The translations under genes were made by a program, and so were the position numbers. Shown in pieces: positions 24,629 through 32,906 of a DNA stretch of 64,000 bases (its first letter is position 1; the number at the start of each line of letters is the position of its first letter). The notes beneath the pieces are model-generated. The model saw only the letters and a list, made by a program, of their open reading frames with translations, made no database searches and had not been told where the DNA came from. The stretch is taken from assembly GCA_037200965.1 (NCBI GenBank), contig JBBCGK010000001.1:896001-960000 (forward strand), in the 5' to 3' direction. Source of the DNA: a bacterium. Its GTDB lineage: Bacteria > Patescibacteriota > Minisyncoccia > Phycocordibacterales > Phycocordibacteraceae.

Positions 24629-26602
24629 TTATTTCTTCTCCGAGAGCGTGAAATCGAGCTCGCGCTCCGGAATACGCGCGGCAAGGAGCTTCACGCGCAC
24701 CGGGTCGCCGAGCGTATAGCTTTTCTTGAGCCGATTGCCGATAAGGCGGTAGCGGGCCTGGTCGAAGGTGTAATAGTCGTCGCCGATCGAGGAGAGTCGG
24801 ATCATGCCTTCCGCGTGCGTTTCCGTAAGTTCGACGTACATCCCGCGCTCGGTGACGCCCGAGATGACGGCGTCGAATTCCTGTCCGATCTTGTCCGCCA
24901 TGAACTCGACGAGCTTCATCTTGATCGAGTCGCGCTCGGCTTCCGTCGCCGATATTTCGCGCTCGTTGCAGTGGATCGCCATCTCCTCGAGATGATCCAT
25001 ATCCTCGCGGTCGAGCTCATCCCCGTTCTCATAGTGCTTGAGGATACGATGCGTGATCAGGTCGGGATAACGGCGGATGGGGGAGGTGAAATGGGTATAG
25101 GAATCGAACGCGAGCCCGAAGTGTCCGATGTTTTTGGTCGCGTACGCGGCCCTCGCCATGGAGCGCAAGCTCGCGGTCTTTATGAGGTATTCCTCCGGCG
25201 TTCCCGTGACCTGCGAGAGAAGCGCGTTGATATCGGTTCCTTTGACTTTCCCCGCCTGGTTCTTGAGCTCGTACCCGAGCGCATGGAGGAACTGCGCGAG
25301 ATTCTCGATGCGGTCCATATCCGGCGCGTCGTGCACGCGATATATCTGCGAGAGCCTGTCGCCCTTTTTCTTCGATGTCTCGGCAAGATGCTCGGCCACG
25401 GCCACGTTCGCAAGGAGCATGAAGTCCTCGATGAGCATGTTGGTATCGCGCCGCTCTTTGAGATGCACGGCGACCGGCTTCCCGCTCCCGTCGAGCTCGA
25501 TCTTCACTTCCGCGGTATCGAAGGCGATGGCGCCGTTGTCGGTCCGGCGCTTCCTGAGCTTGTCGGCAAGGCGCTTTAGGGTATTGAGTTCCGCAAGCAT
25601 GGGACCGTTCTGGGTATCAAGCACCTCCTGGGCGCCTTCGTAGGCGAAGCGCTTGTCGGAGTGGATGACGGTTTCGCCGAACCATCGTTCAAGGACGTTC
25701 GCGTCGCTGTCGAGCACGAAGACCGCGGAAACGGCGAGGCGGTCTATGTGTTCATTCAGGGAGCACAGGTTGTTTGAAAGCACGTGCGGAAGCATAGGAA
25801 TAGTGCGGTCAACAAGATAGACCGAAGTCGCGCGGTGCCTTGCCTCGCGGTCGAAGTCGGTGCCTGGCCGTACGAAATACGAAACGTCGGCGATATGAAT
25901 GCCGACCTCGGTCTTTCCGTCCCCGAGGTCCCTGACCGAAAGCGCGTCGTCGAAGTCCTTGGCGTCCGCGGGGTCTATGGTAAAAGTCGGGGTGCCGCGG
26001 AAGTCCCGGCGCTTGGTTTCTCCCCGTGCGGCCTTTGCCGCTTCTTCGTCGATCATCGCCTGTCCGGTCGCCTCGAGCTTCTCCGCTTCTTTGATCACCC
26101 CCGGAGGGAATTCGCTGTGGAAGCCCTGGGAGAGCGCCAAGGCGCGCATCTCGGTCTCGTGGACGCCTGCGGGCCCGATGATCTCCTCAAGGCGGGCGGA
26201 AGGGAACTGCTGGCCCTTGTCCCAGCCCGTGAGGCGGACGAGCACTTTGTTTCCGAGCGGAAGATTGTCGCCCGTGACGATAAAGGGCGTGTACATGCGC
26301 TTCCAGTCGGGCGCAAGGAGCGTCTCCCCGCGCTCGCCTTTGATGAGCGTCCCGACGAAATGCTCCCGGTTTCGCTTCACTATCTCAAGTACCTTTGCGG
26401 CTTTCCGGTTATCGACGATGCCCGCGGGCGCGATCTTGACCGTATCGCCGTGGAAAGCGCCCATGATCCACTCGCGGGGAATCATGAGATCCTCCTGTTT
26501 ATCTTTCGAACTTTTAGAGACGCCTGGGTCCAGGCTGAAGAAACCGATTCCCCTGCCGGTGACGGAAATGATTCCCTCGTATGATTTTTCCTCGGGCTTC
26601 AA
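24629..26602 (-). CDS. rnr: ribonuclease R (RNase II family exoribonuclease)
   Basis: RNB-domain motifs (…TIDPADAKDFDDALSV…), N-terminal cold-shock-like region and C-terminal S1 domain. Start appears to be TTG at 26602. Confidence 0.88.
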   Translation of the reverse strand: MKPEEKSYEGIISVTGRGIGFFSLDPGVSKSSKDKQEDLMIPREWIMGAFHGDTVKIAPAGIVDNRKAAKVLEIVKRNREHFVGTLIKGERGETLLAPDWKRMYTPFIVTGDNLPLGNKVLVRLTGWDKGQQFPSARLEEIIGPAGVHETEMRALALSQGFHSEFPPGVIKEAEKLEATGQAMIDEEAAKAARGETKRRDFRGTPTFTIDPADAKDFDDALSVRDLGDGKTEVGIHIADVSYFVRPGTDFDREARHRATSVYLVDRTIPMLPHVLSNNLCSLNEHIDRLAVSAVFVLDSDANVLERWFGETVIHSDKRFAYEGAQEVLDTQNGPMLAELNTLKRLADKLRKRRTDNGAIAFDTAEVKIELDGSGKPVAVHLKERRDTNMLIEDFMLLANVAVAEHLAETSKKKGDRLSQIYRVHDAPDMDRIENLAQFLHALGYELKNQAGKVKGTDINALLSQVTGTPEEYLIKTASLRSMARAAYATKNIGHFGLAFDSYTHFTSPIRRYPDLITHRILKHYENGDELDREDMDHLEEMAIHCNEREISATEAERDSIKMKLVEFMADKIGQEFDAVISGVTERGMYVELTETHAEGMIRLSSIGDDYYTFDQARYRLIGNRLKKSYTLGDPVRVKLLAARIPERELDFTLSEKK

Positions 26603-26713
26603 GTTATAAACACTGTATCAATACAGGGCGATTTATGCTATTGTCTGAACACACGGCATGCGTCCTTCAGGAGCATCGCGGTGGCCCTTCCCGGGCGTTT
26701 CCTCCCTGAACTT

Positions 26714-26740
26714 GCGGCACCCCTGGTGCCGCCCTTTTTT
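26714..26740 (+). terminator. intrinsic-terminator-like hairpin plus T7 tract upstream of rpsP (attenuator or 3' end of an unannotated small RNA?)
   Basis: gcggcacc / ggtgccgc stem followed by cctttttttg on the plus strand. No plus-strand CDS lies upstream in 26603-26713. Confidence 0.4.
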
Positions 26741-26783
26741 GCAAATTGACTCGCAAGCCTTCTTTTGGTACCCTGCTTCATAC

Positions 26784-27206
26784 ATGTTGATGATCCGTTT
26801 CCAGCGCATCGGCCGGACCAATGATCCGGCATTTCGCATTGTCGTCCTCGAAAAGGCGCGGAGCCCCAAGGCTGGAAGTCCTTTGGAGCTTGTCGGCACT
26901 TATAACCCGAAGACCAAGGCGGTTACCCTTAAGGAAGACCGCATTACGTATTGGATAAGCAAGGGCGCCCAGGTCTCGCCGTCGCTCCATAACCTCCTTC
27001 TTAATAAAGGCGTAGTTACGGGCAAAAAGATAAACGTGCTTCCGAAGAAAACCTATACGAAGCCGGAAGAGCCGGTAGCCGAAGCCGTCGCAGCTCCGGC
27101 AGAGTCTGCGCCGGAAGCGCCGACTGAAGCGGAAGTCGCCGCAGAAGCGGAGCCTGCTGCGGAGGAAACCCCGGCAGCCGAAGAGGCAGCCGCTCCCGCG
27201 GCCTAG
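26784..27206 (+). CDS. rpsP: 30S ribosomal protein S16 with Ala/Glu/Pro-rich C-terminal tail
   Basis: MLMIRFQRIGRTNDPAFRIVVLEKARSPKAGSPLELVGTYNP… Start taken at M43 of ORF 26658..27206. Confidence 0.85.
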   Translation: MLMIRFQRIGRTNDPAFRIVVLEKARSPKAGSPLELVGTYNPKTKAVTLKEDRITYWISKGAQVSPSLHNLLLNKGVVTGKKINVLPKKTYTKPEEPVAEAVAAPAESAPEAPTEAEVAAEAEPAAEETPAAEEAAAPAA

Positions 27207-27255
27207 CACTCCGGAGCCTCAGGCTCCTTATCCCTACTATCCCGCACCGATACCT

Positions 27256-27561
27256 ATGGAAAACGACCAGCTGTTTCTTGAGACCGTCGTCAAAGCTCTT
27301 GTCGACAACCCGGACGCCGTCGTCACGACGCGCGGCGTCGACGAGATGGGCGTCCTCCTCACCCTCACGGTGCATCCTGACGACATGGGCAAGATCATCG
27401 GCAAGGACGGGAATACCGCGAAGGCGCTTCGCACCCTCCTTCGCGTCGTCGGCATGAAGCACAATGCGCGCGCGAACCTGAAGATCAATGAACCGGTCGG
27501 CGGCAAGCGCGAGCAGGAGATGAAGACCGTCGACCAGGTGGTAGAGGAGATTTCGCTATAG
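27256..27561 (+). CDS. KH-domain RNA-binding protein (YlqC/UPF0109 family)
   Basis: …MGKIIGKDGNTAKALRTLL… KH motif. Conserved position between rpsP and trmD. Confidence 0.75.
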   Translation: MENDQLFLETVVKALVDNPDAVVTTRGVDEMGVLLTLTVHPDDMGKIIGKDGNTAKALRTLLRVVGMKHNARANLKINEPVGGKREQEMKTVDQVVEEISL

Positions 27562-28226
27562 TGTTGCGCTTCCACCTCGTCACTCTTTTCAAAGAAGCTT
27601 GCGAGCCGTACCTTTCGGCGTCGATACTCGGGCGCGCGCGCAAAAACAAGCGTATCGGCGTTTCATATCAAAACCCGCGGGATTTCGTTGATAACCGATG
27701 GGGGAAAGTGGACGAGCGGCCGTACGGCGGCGGGCCCGGGATGGTTATGACCGCGCTCCCGGTCGCGAAAGCGGTCGCGAAAGCTCTGGGCGCCAAGAAG
27801 AGTGCTGCCAAAACAGCGGAGATAATCTGGTTTTCTCCCTCGGGCAAACCATTTACGAACAAGGACGCGGACAAACTCGCGAAAGCGGGCGACGTGGTCT
27901 TGGTGTGCGGCCGGTACGAAGGTATCGACGAGCGCGCCTTTAAGATTTTGAAAACGATGGGGAGGGTGAAAGTATTTTCCGTCGGCTCCGCAACGCTTAC
28001 GGGAGGCGAGGTGCCAGCGCTCGCGATCATCGACGCCGTCACGAGGCGCATCCCGGGAGTCCTGGGGAAGGATGAGTCGGTCGAGGAACGCCGGGTTGCC
28101 TCAAGCGAGGTATACACGCGGCCAGAATCCTTGCAGTGGAAAGGAAAGAAATACCGCGTTCCGAAAGTGCTCCAGAGCGGGCATCAGGCGAAAATTGATG
28201 AGTGGAGGGTAAAGAGGGGAAAGTGA
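27561..28226 (+). CDS. trmD: tRNA (guanine37-N1)-methyltransferase
   Basis: MLRFHLVTLFKE…GGGPGMVM…RYEGIDER… SPOUT-class TrmD motifs. Confidence 0.9.
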   Translation: MLRFHLVTLFKEACEPYLSASILGRARKNKRIGVSYQNPRDFVDNRWGKVDERPYGGGPGMVMTALPVAKAVAKALGAKKSAAKTAEIIWFSPSGKPFTNKDADKLAKAGDVVLVCGRYEGIDERAFKILKTMGRVKVFSVGSATLTGGEVPALAIIDAVTRRIPGVLGKDESVEERRVASSEVYTRPESLQWKGKKYRVPKVLQSGHQAKIDEWRVKRGK

Positions 28227-28296
28227 GTTGAAAAAAGAACCGTTCCTGATACTATCGCTTCCAGCGTTAACAGCGCCGTACCAAGGGGAGGAAATC

Positions 28297-28539
28297 ATGA
28301 GCGACGCATCAACGCCGCGCCCGAACGAAGCTTTGCCTGCCGTGAGGAACCTGCCGCTACTCGCGCTTGCGGTTATTCTCTTCATGCTTACCGACGCTGT
28401 TTTGATCTTCATGCCGATGAAACCCGAGCCGTTCTGGCAAATGGTTTCTCTCGCCCTGCTTCTCGCGGTATTTGCGGGAGGCCTCGGATTCAGCGTCATC
28501 CGGAACCTGCTTTATCGCGCGAGGCGTTCTGGCCAGTAA
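28297..28539 (+). CDS. small two-TM membrane protein
   Basis: ggggagg Shine-Dalgarno sequence 5 nt before the ATG at 28297, inside ORF 28228..28539. Confidence 0.45.
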   Translation: MSDASTPRPNEALPAVRNLPLLALAVILFMLTDAVLIFMPMKPEPFWQMVSLALLLAVFAGGLGFSVIRNLLYRARRSGQ

Positions 28540-28563
28540 AGCGCGTTACGGTATCGGATTAGA

Positions 28564-28600
28564 ACGGGCGGCCCCACCAGGGCCGTCCGTTTGCTTTATG
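28564..28600 (+). terminator. rho-independent terminator
   Basis: 11-bp stem acgggcggccc / gggccgtccgt (one G-U pair) followed by ttgctttatgtcattt. Confidence 0.6.
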
Positions 28601-28627
28601 TCATTTAGTATTGTATAAACCTCCAAT

Positions 28628-28650
28628 CTCCTGTCCGCCTTAGACAGGAG
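28628..28650 (+). promoter_or_regulatory. hairpin sequestering the Shine-Dalgarno sequence of the 28657 gene
   Basis: Perfect 8-bp stem ctcctgtc / gacaggag with a 7-nt loop. The 3' arm contains the aggag sequence 6 nt upstream of ATG 28657. Confidence 0.35.
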
Positions 28651-28656
28651 TGAGCG

Positions 28657-29448
28657 ATGAAAGCTGCTTTGTCGGACTATGAGACGACGCAGCGGGGTAC
28701 TGACACCCCCTTTGCTTGGTCAGGGATGGCCGCAACGATAAGGCGGAAGGTCTTTCACACCATGTCGTATTCAGTTAACGAACTGCTTGTCGCAGACAAG
28801 GTTTCCACGTATCTGACCGATAAGTGGGAGGAGCAGACAGGGATCAACCCGAACATCATTGCAGCAAAAGTGCTTCACAACGAACAAGTCGTGAAGCTCG
28901 TAAGCTCGTGGATGCGTCCGATCGGAATGGGCTCCCTCGCCTTCGCCATTCTGTTTTTATGTGCCACCTTTGCGTTCGCACTCACAGATCTTCTTGGGAG
29001 CTCCACTGTCGGTTATGTAGCGGCTGCCGTCGGCGTCGTCTGTGGCACGATCGACATGACTGTCTCGTTCGTGTACAAGACTCGGGAATACGAGTTATTT
29101 CCCACTGATGCATGCGGTTTCAGCTCGAGGTATCGCCAGCTGGCCGAGTGGAGCGGCTCGGTGTCCGGGGAGCTTCCTTTAGCTCCAGGGTCACTCAGGC
29201 TGATGGCCGAGAAAATCCTTTCTGGGTCCGCTGCCAACGCCATCCGTGCGCAAGTTTGGGCACAGGCGATGAAGTTGAGCGACGATGACGAGTTAAGGCT
29301 TCGTGAAGCGGAACTGGCTTGGCGCAAGGAAACCAGGAAGCGCTACACAAAACTCCTCGAATGGGATCTTGTTCCGGCGCTCGGTGTCTCCGGTTATTTC
29401 AAGGGAGCGGGAAAATATGTAGCACAAAATCCGCTCTGGGATTACTAA
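28657..29448 (+). CDS. hypothetical membrane protein (263 aa)
   Basis: Shine-Dalgarno sequence present. Internal TM helices. No family recognised. Confidence 0.5.
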   Translation: MKAALSDYETTQRGTDTPFAWSGMAATIRRKVFHTMSYSVNELLVADKVSTYLTDKWEEQTGINPNIIAAKVLHNEQVVKLVSSWMRPIGMGSLAFAILFLCATFAFALTDLLGSSTVGYVAAAVGVVCGTIDMTVSFVYKTREYELFPTDACGFSSRYRQLAEWSGSVSGELPLAPGSLRLMAEKILSGSAANAIRAQVWAQAMKLSDDDELRLREAELAWRKETRKRYTKLLEWDLVPALGVSGYFKGAGKYVAQNPLWDY

Positions 29449-29701
29449 AGCAGCAATGGCGCGGGCGGCCCCAAAGGCCGCCCTTTCGCTATCCCCAGGT
29501 TCGCTTGACGGCTTTTAGGCGGGGGAGTACATTGAGGACACCAGAACTGATTGAGTGGCGGGGGCCTCTGGGGGCGGGGGAGACAAGATTTCAAATATTT
29601 TAACAGCGTCTCGGAAAACGAGGGCGCCGCTCGCACGTATGTGCGAGCTCTTACGCGTCTTCGCCTTCCGAAACATCGTTTGATGGCTAATTCAACACGA
29701 C

Positions 29702-32700
29702 ATGGCGCATACTAAGGCGATAGTGCAGAAGACGTTCGGCGCGTTCCGGGCTCCGCGCGTGGAATTTCCGGACCTGGTCGCGCACCAGCGGGCATCGTTT
29801 GACTGGCTCATGAAGAACGGGCTCGGGGAACTCTTCAAGGAGTTTTCCCCTATTTCAGACTACTCGGGCAAGAAGTTCGAGATGCGCTTCGAGGGCTTCG
29901 AAGTCGGCGAGCCGAAGGAGGACGAGGAGTCCGCGCGCGAGAACATGCGCACGTACGAAGCGCCGGTGAAGATATCGGTGCGCCTCATCAACAAGACCTT
30001 CGGTTCTGAGAAAACGCAGGACATTTTCCTCGCGGATATCCCGATGATGACCCCGCACGGGAGTTTTATCGTTTCCGGCGTCGAGCGCGCGATCATCCCC
30101 CAGCTCGCCCGCTCCTTCGGCGCGTTCTTCGTCTCCGAGCAGATCCGCGGCAAGAACTATTTCGGCGCGAAGATCCTTCCGGCGCGCGGCGTCTGGATCG
30201 AGATCGATTCCGAAGCCGACGGCGCGATCATGGTGAAGATCGACCGCAAGAGGAAGTTCCCCGTGAGCCACCTGCTTGCTGTCTTTGGCGGGGGGCAGAA
30301 GGAAGAGCTTCTCAGGCATTTCAAAGGCAATGATGTCGCGCTTGCTGCCATGCAGGCCACGCTCGCGCACGACCAGGCCGCAACGCTCGAAGACGCGTTC
30401 GTCGAAATACACCGCCGCATGCGCGACGGCGACCTCGCGACCGCGCAGAACGCCAAGGACTATGTCCAGGCGCTCTTCAAGGCCGACCGCTACGACCTCC
30501 ACCGCGTGGGCCGCTACCGTCTCAACCAGCGCTTCGGCCTTCCGGTCGACGACAAGCATCTTGCGGACCATTCGCTTTCCCTTGCCGACCTTATCCGCAT
30601 CGTCGCCGAGATCGCGCGTCTCAACGTCACTCCTGACGCGGTGCCTGACGACATCGACCACTTGGGCTTCCGCCGCGTGCGTTTCGTCGGCGAGCTTCTC
30701 CAGGCGCGCATGCGCGTCGGCATGAGCCGCATGAAGCGCAATATCCAGGACCGCATGTCGACGATCGAAACCGAGACGTCGCTCCCGATGCAGTTCGTGA
30801 ACCCGCGGCCGTTCCAGGCTTCGGTCCGCGAGTTCTTCACGGCCAACCAGCTTTCGCAGTTCCTCGAGCAGCAGAACGTGCTTGCGGAGCTCGAGCACAT
30901 GCGGACGCTCTCGGCGCTCGGCCCCGGCGGCCTCACGCGAGAGAGAGCGGGCTTCGAGGTCCGCGACGTGCACGCCTCCCACTACGGACGCCTCTGCCCG
31001 ATACAGACGCCGGAAGGCCAGAACATCGGCCTTATCCTTCGCATGGCGACCCACGCCCGCACGAACGAGTACGGCATCCTCGAGACGCCGTACGCGAAAG
31101 TGAAGGGAGGGAAGGTGACCGAAGACATTTCGTATCTCAACGCGCTTGACGAAGAACAGCACGTGATCGCGCACGGCGCGACGCCGGTCGACGAGAAGGG
31201 GCGCATTGTCCCGGAGACGTTTGAAGCCCGCAAGAACGGGCACCCGGCCGTGGTGTCGCGCGACGAGGTCGACTATATCGACGTTTCCATGTACCAAATG
31301 TTTTCCATCGCGACCGCAATGATTCCGTTCGTCCATAACGACGACGCGAACCGGGCGCTCATGGGTTCGAACATGCAGAAGCAGGCGACGCCATGCCTCA
31401 TTCCCGAGGCTCCGCTCGTCGCGACCGGCATCGAAGAGCACGCCGCCCGCAACACCGGCCGCCTTGTCGTCGCCGAGTCCGCAGGCACTGTCTCCTATGC
31501 CGACGCGCGCAGGATCGTTATCGAGCCGTCGGGAGCCGGAAAGCCCAAGGAGTACCGCCTCCAGGGCCTCACGCAGACCAACCAGAATTCCGCGTTCTCG
31601 CAGCGGCCGAGCGTGTCGACGGGAGACAAGGTAAAGAAAGGAGACGTTCTTGCGGATGCTTCCTCGACCGTACAAGGCCAAATGGCGCTCGGACAGAACG
31701 TCCGCGTGGCGTTCATGAGCTGGTCGGGAGCTAACTATGAAGACGCCATCATCATCTCGGAGCGCCTCGTCGAGGACGCAAAGTTCACGACCGTCCACAT
31801 CGAGGACTTCGAATGCGCGGTGCGCGACACCAAGCTCGGCCCCGAAGTCACGACGCACGACATTCCGAACGTGGGCGAGATGCGCCTCAAGAACCTCGAC
31901 GAGGAAGGAGTCGTGCGCATCGGCGCCGAAGTGCGCCCCGGCGACATTCTCGTCGGCAAGGTGACGCCCAAGGGCGAGACCCAGCTCACGCCCGAGGAGC
32001 GCCTCCTTCGTTCTATCTTCGGCGATAAGGCCAAGGACGTGAAGGACACGTCGCTTCGCATGGACGGCGGCAAGCGCGGCCGCATCATCGGCGTCCGGGT
32101 ATTTTCCAGGGAAAAGGGCGACCAGCTTGAAACCGGCATCATAAAGAAAATCGTCGTCACGGTAGCCCAGGTGCGAAACGTATCGGTGGGCGACAAGCTC
32201 GCCGGTCGCCACGGAAACAAGGGCGTTATTTCCCGCGTGCTTCCGGTAGAAGACATGCCGTACGACAAGGACGGCAATCCGGTGGATCTCATTCTCACCC
32301 CTCTTGGTATTCCGTCCCGTATGAACCTCGGCCAGGTGCTCGAAATGCATCTCGGGCTTGCGGCGAACACGCTCGGATACCAGGCCGTCGTGCCTCCGTT
32401 CGCGGGCGCCACGTCCGACGAGATCAAGGACGAGCTCGAGAAGGCAGGCTTCGCAAGAAGCGGCAAAGTGAAGCTCTACGACGGACGCACCGGAGAGAGC
32501 TTCGCCCAGGACATCGCCGTCGGATACATGTACGTGCTGAAGCTCCATCACATGGTGGAGGACAAGATCCACATGCGCTCCATCGGCCCGTACAGCCTCA
32601 TCACGCAGCAGCCGCTCGGAGGGAAGGCCCAGAACGGCGGGCAGCGCTTCGGGGAAATGGAAGTGTGGGCGCTTCTCGGTTACGGCGCCGCGTACACGCT

Positions 32701-32887
32701 CCGCGAGATGCTCACCATCAAGTCAGACGACATCCAGGGCCGCTCCGCCGCCTTCGACGCGATCGTCAAGGGCGAGGCGATCAGCCATTCGGGCACCCCG
32801 GCATCGTTCGCCGTCCTTACCAACCAGATCCGTGGCCTTGGGCTCGATGTTGATCTCATCGAGGGCGAGTCCCCGCGTGATATTTAA
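29702..32887 (+). CDS. rpoB: DNA-directed RNA polymerase beta subunit (compact, 1061 aa)
   Basis: Conserved rifampicin-region and catalytic motifs (…GDKLAGRHGNKGV…, …NMQRQA…). Confidence 0.96.
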   Translation: MAHTKAIVQKTFGAFRAPRVEFPDLVAHQRASFDWLMKNGLGELFKEFSPISDYSGKKFEMRFEGFEVGEPKEDEESARENMRTYEAPVKISVRLINKTFGSEKTQDIFLADIPMMTPHGSFIVSGVERAIIPQLARSFGAFFVSEQIRGKNYFGAKILPARGVWIEIDSEADGAIMVKIDRKRKFPVSHLLAVFGGGQKEELLRHFKGNDVALAAMQATLAHDQAATLEDAFVEIHRRMRDGDLATAQNAKDYVQALFKADRYDLHRVGRYRLNQRFGLPVDDKHLADHSLSLADLIRIVAEIARLNVTPDAVPDDIDHLGFRRVRFVGELLQARMRVGMSRMKRNIQDRMSTIETETSLPMQFVNPRPFQASVREFFTANQLSQFLEQQNVLAELEHMRTLSALGPGGLTRERAGFEVRDVHASHYGRLCPIQTPEGQNIGLILRMATHARTNEYGILETPYAKVKGGKVTEDISYLNALDEEQHVIAHGATPVDEKGRIVPETFEARKNGHPAVVSRDEVDYIDVSMYQMFSIATAMIPFVHNDDANRALMGSNMQKQATPCLIPEAPLVATGIEEHAARNTGRLVVAESAGTVSYADARRIVIEPSGAGKPKEYRLQGLTQTNQNSAFSQRPSVSTGDKVKKGDVLADASSTVQGQMALGQNVRVAFMSWSGANYEDAIIISERLVEDAKFTTVHIEDFECAVRDTKLGPEVTTHDIPNVGEMRLKNLDEEGVVRIGAEVRPGDILVGKVTPKGETQLTPEERLLRSIFGDKAKDVKDTSLRMDGGKRGRIIGVRVFSREKGDQLETGIIKKIVVTVAQVRNVSVGDKLAGRHGNKGVISRVLPVEDMPYDKDGNPVDLILTPLGIPSRMNLGQVLEMHLGLAANTLGYQAVVPPFAGATSDEIKDELEKAGFARSGKVKLYDGRTGESFAQDIAVGYMYVLKLHHMVEDKIHMRSIGPYSLITQQPLGGKAQNGGQRFGEMEVWALLGYGAAYTLREMLTIKSDDIQGRSAAFDAIVKGEAISHSGTPASFAVLTNQIRGLGLDVDLIEGESPRDI

Positions 32888-32906
32888 TCCCCTACATATC
32901 ACCACT

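Noticed and set aside
26658-26783. N-terminal 42 codons of ORF 26658..27206 as part of rpsP
   Set aside because: S16 homology begins at MLMIRFQRIG (26784). The upstream extension lies across a terminator hairpin and T-tract, so it is unlikely to be translated.
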